DNA of 38,097 bases, from contig JBKJPI010000027.1 in the NCBI GenBank assembly GCA_046595235.1, positions 1-38,097 of the forward strand, written 5' to 3'. Below are positions 36,878 through 38,097 of the stretch, piece by piece (the stretch's first letter is position 1; each line of letters starts with the position of its first letter). The notes below the pieces were generated by a model, which was given only the letters and a program-made list of their open reading frames with translations, had not been told where the DNA came from and did not search any database. Source of the stretch: Burkholderiales bacterium. Lineage in GTDB: Bacteria > Pseudomonadota > Gammaproteobacteria > Burkholderiales > SG8-41. The position numbers and the translations under genes are program-made.

Positions 36878-38097
36878 AATCAAACATATCTTCAGCGGTA
36901 TCGGCGCGCGGCTTCTTCGCCGCCCTGGTGACGGCGTGTCTGATGGTCACCGCAGGCCCTTCGAATGCGGCGCTCACGATCGAGATCGTCGGCGCGGGTG
37001 CCAACCAGATCCCGATCGCGGTTGCGCCATTCCGTGCGGAAGCGGGTATTCCGCAGTCGCTGACGCCGATCGTCATCGCCGACCTCGCCCGCAGCGGTCT
37101 TTTCAAGACTGTAGACGCAGGCGGTATCACACCCGTTCCGTCCGAGCCGAACGAGATCAATTATGGGCAGTGGAAAGCGCGCGGCGCCGAAGCCCTCGTC
37201 ATCGGGCACGTGACGCCACGGGGCGGTGAGTTCGAAGTGAGCTTCCGTTTGATGGACGTGGTGAAAGGCACTCAGCTCGCCGGGTATCTTTATCGAGTGA
37301 ACGCGGGGCAGTTGAGGCTTACCGCGCACAAGATCGCCGATGCTATCTACGAGAAGCTCACCGGCGACCCCGGCGTGTTTGCGACGCGCATCACGTATGT
37401 GGTGAAGCGCGGCACGCGTTTCGAGCTGCAGGTGGCGGATGCCGATGGCTTCGGTGCGCAGACGGTGCTCGCGTCCGGCGAACCGATTATTTCCCCGTCG
37501 TGGTCGTCGGACGGCACGCGGATCGCTTACGTCTCCTTCGAGCGGCGGAAGCCCGTCGTATACGTGCAGTCGCTCACCACAGGTCAGCGCAAGGCAGTCG
37601 CGAATTTTTCCGGCAGTAACAGCGCGCCGGCGTGGTCACCAGACGGGAAGCGGCTGGCGGTAACGCTGACCAAAGACGGTGGGTCCCAGATCTATCTCAT
37701 TTCCTCCGAAGGTAATGGCACCGCTACACGTATCACCAACAGTGCAGGCATCGATACCGAGCCCAATTTCTCACCCGACGGACAGTGGATCATCTTTACC
37801 TCCGATCGCGGCGGTGGCCCGCAGATCTATCGCATGCCGGCTGGTGGTGGGCAGGCACAGCGGCTCACTTTCGAAGGCAACTACAACGTCTCGCCGCGTT
37901 ACAGCCCCGATGGGAAAAGCTTCACCTTCATACAGCGACACGGCACGCGCTTCAGTGTTGCCGTGCAGGATTTTGCATCGCGGCAGATGCAGTTGCTGAC
38001 CGACGGCGCCGTGGACGAATCGCCGAGCTTCGCACCCAACGGGCGCATGATCCTCTACGCGAGTGAAACGAGGGGGCGTGGTATATTGGCCGCGGTG
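36874..38097 (+). CDS. tolB: Tol-Pal system beta-propeller protein TolB; the 3' end lies outside the window
   Basis: This ORF is not in the track because it has no stop in the window. ATG 36874 overlaps the tolA stop as ATGA. A signal peptide is followed by ALTIEIVGAGANQIPIAVAPF and repeated SPSWSPDG/SPRYSPDG propeller motifs. The frame is open to the window end. Confidence 0.93.
   Translation, partial: MKSNISSAVSARGFFAALVTACLMVTAGPSNAALTIEIVGAGANQIPIAVAPFRAEAGIPQSLTPIVIADLARSGLFKTVDAGGITPVPSEPNEINYGQWKARGAEALVIGHVTPRGGEFEVSFRLMDVVKGTQLAGYLYRVNAGQLRLTAHKIADAIYEKLTGDPGVFATRITYVVKRGTRFELQVADADGFGAQTVLASGEPIISPSWSSDGTRIAYVSFERRKPVVYVQSLTTGQRKAVANFSGSNSAPAWSPDGKRLAVTLTKDGGSQIYLISSEGNGTATRITNSAGIDTEPNFSPDGQWIIFTSDRGGGPQIYRMPAGGGQAQRLTFEGNYNVSPRYSPDGKSFTFIQRHGTRFSVAVQDFASRQMQLLTDGAVDESPSFAPNGRMILYASETRGRGILAAV

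Overview
This is a high-GC proteobacterial core-chromosome segment; the gene order looks beta- or gamma-proteobacterial. It is almost fully coding, with about 50 genes. From left to right it holds: (1) an aa3-type cytochrome c oxidase structural and assembly cluster: the 3' part of ctaD, a 33-aa micro-ORF, ctaG, DUF2970, coxC, an opposite-strand DUF2909 gene, SURF1, a membrane-anchored CxxxC (Sco-like) protein, ctaA, ctaB and SCO1/SenC; (2) rpoH and ftsX-ftsE-ftsY on the minus strand; (3) two M16 peptidases, rsmD, coaD and a YfhL-type ferredoxin; (4) a tightly coupled minus-strand chain of ABC ATPase, ABC-2 permease, GldG-like protein, DUF4340 and mutM; (5) TPR protein, lolB, ispE, tRNA-Gln, prs, rplY, pth and ychF; (6) a short block of genes of unknown function: an ankyrin lipoprotein, DUF1840, an SPW-repeat protein, an EamA transporter and a DUF853 HerA-like ATPase; (7) yebC and ruvCAB; (8) ybgC and tolQRAB, with tolB running off the 3' edge. 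I found no CRISPR array, transposase, integrase, phage genes or recognisable defence or toxin system, and I do not claim a novel protein system. The signals the gene list does not explain are non-coding. One is a three-copy intergenic repeat of about 83 nt; each copy starts 1-12 nt after the stop codon of a plus-strand gene and carries a conserved hairpin, GGAAGGAAACC-loop-GGTTTCCCTCC. One copy contains the likely lolB start codon, and another is split by an insert of about 109 nt. The other is a 271-bp element filling the whole pth-ychF spacer, bounded by 20-bp terminal inverted repeats (MITE-like), with two internal AATAT-N5-ATATT palindromes. Secondary points are the operon couplings (mutM fused to an uncharacterised ABC/GldG/DUF4340 exporter, and the DUF853 ATPase overlapping EamA) and several start-codon ambiguities. 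All family assignments come from reading motifs in the supplied translations; no database search was run.
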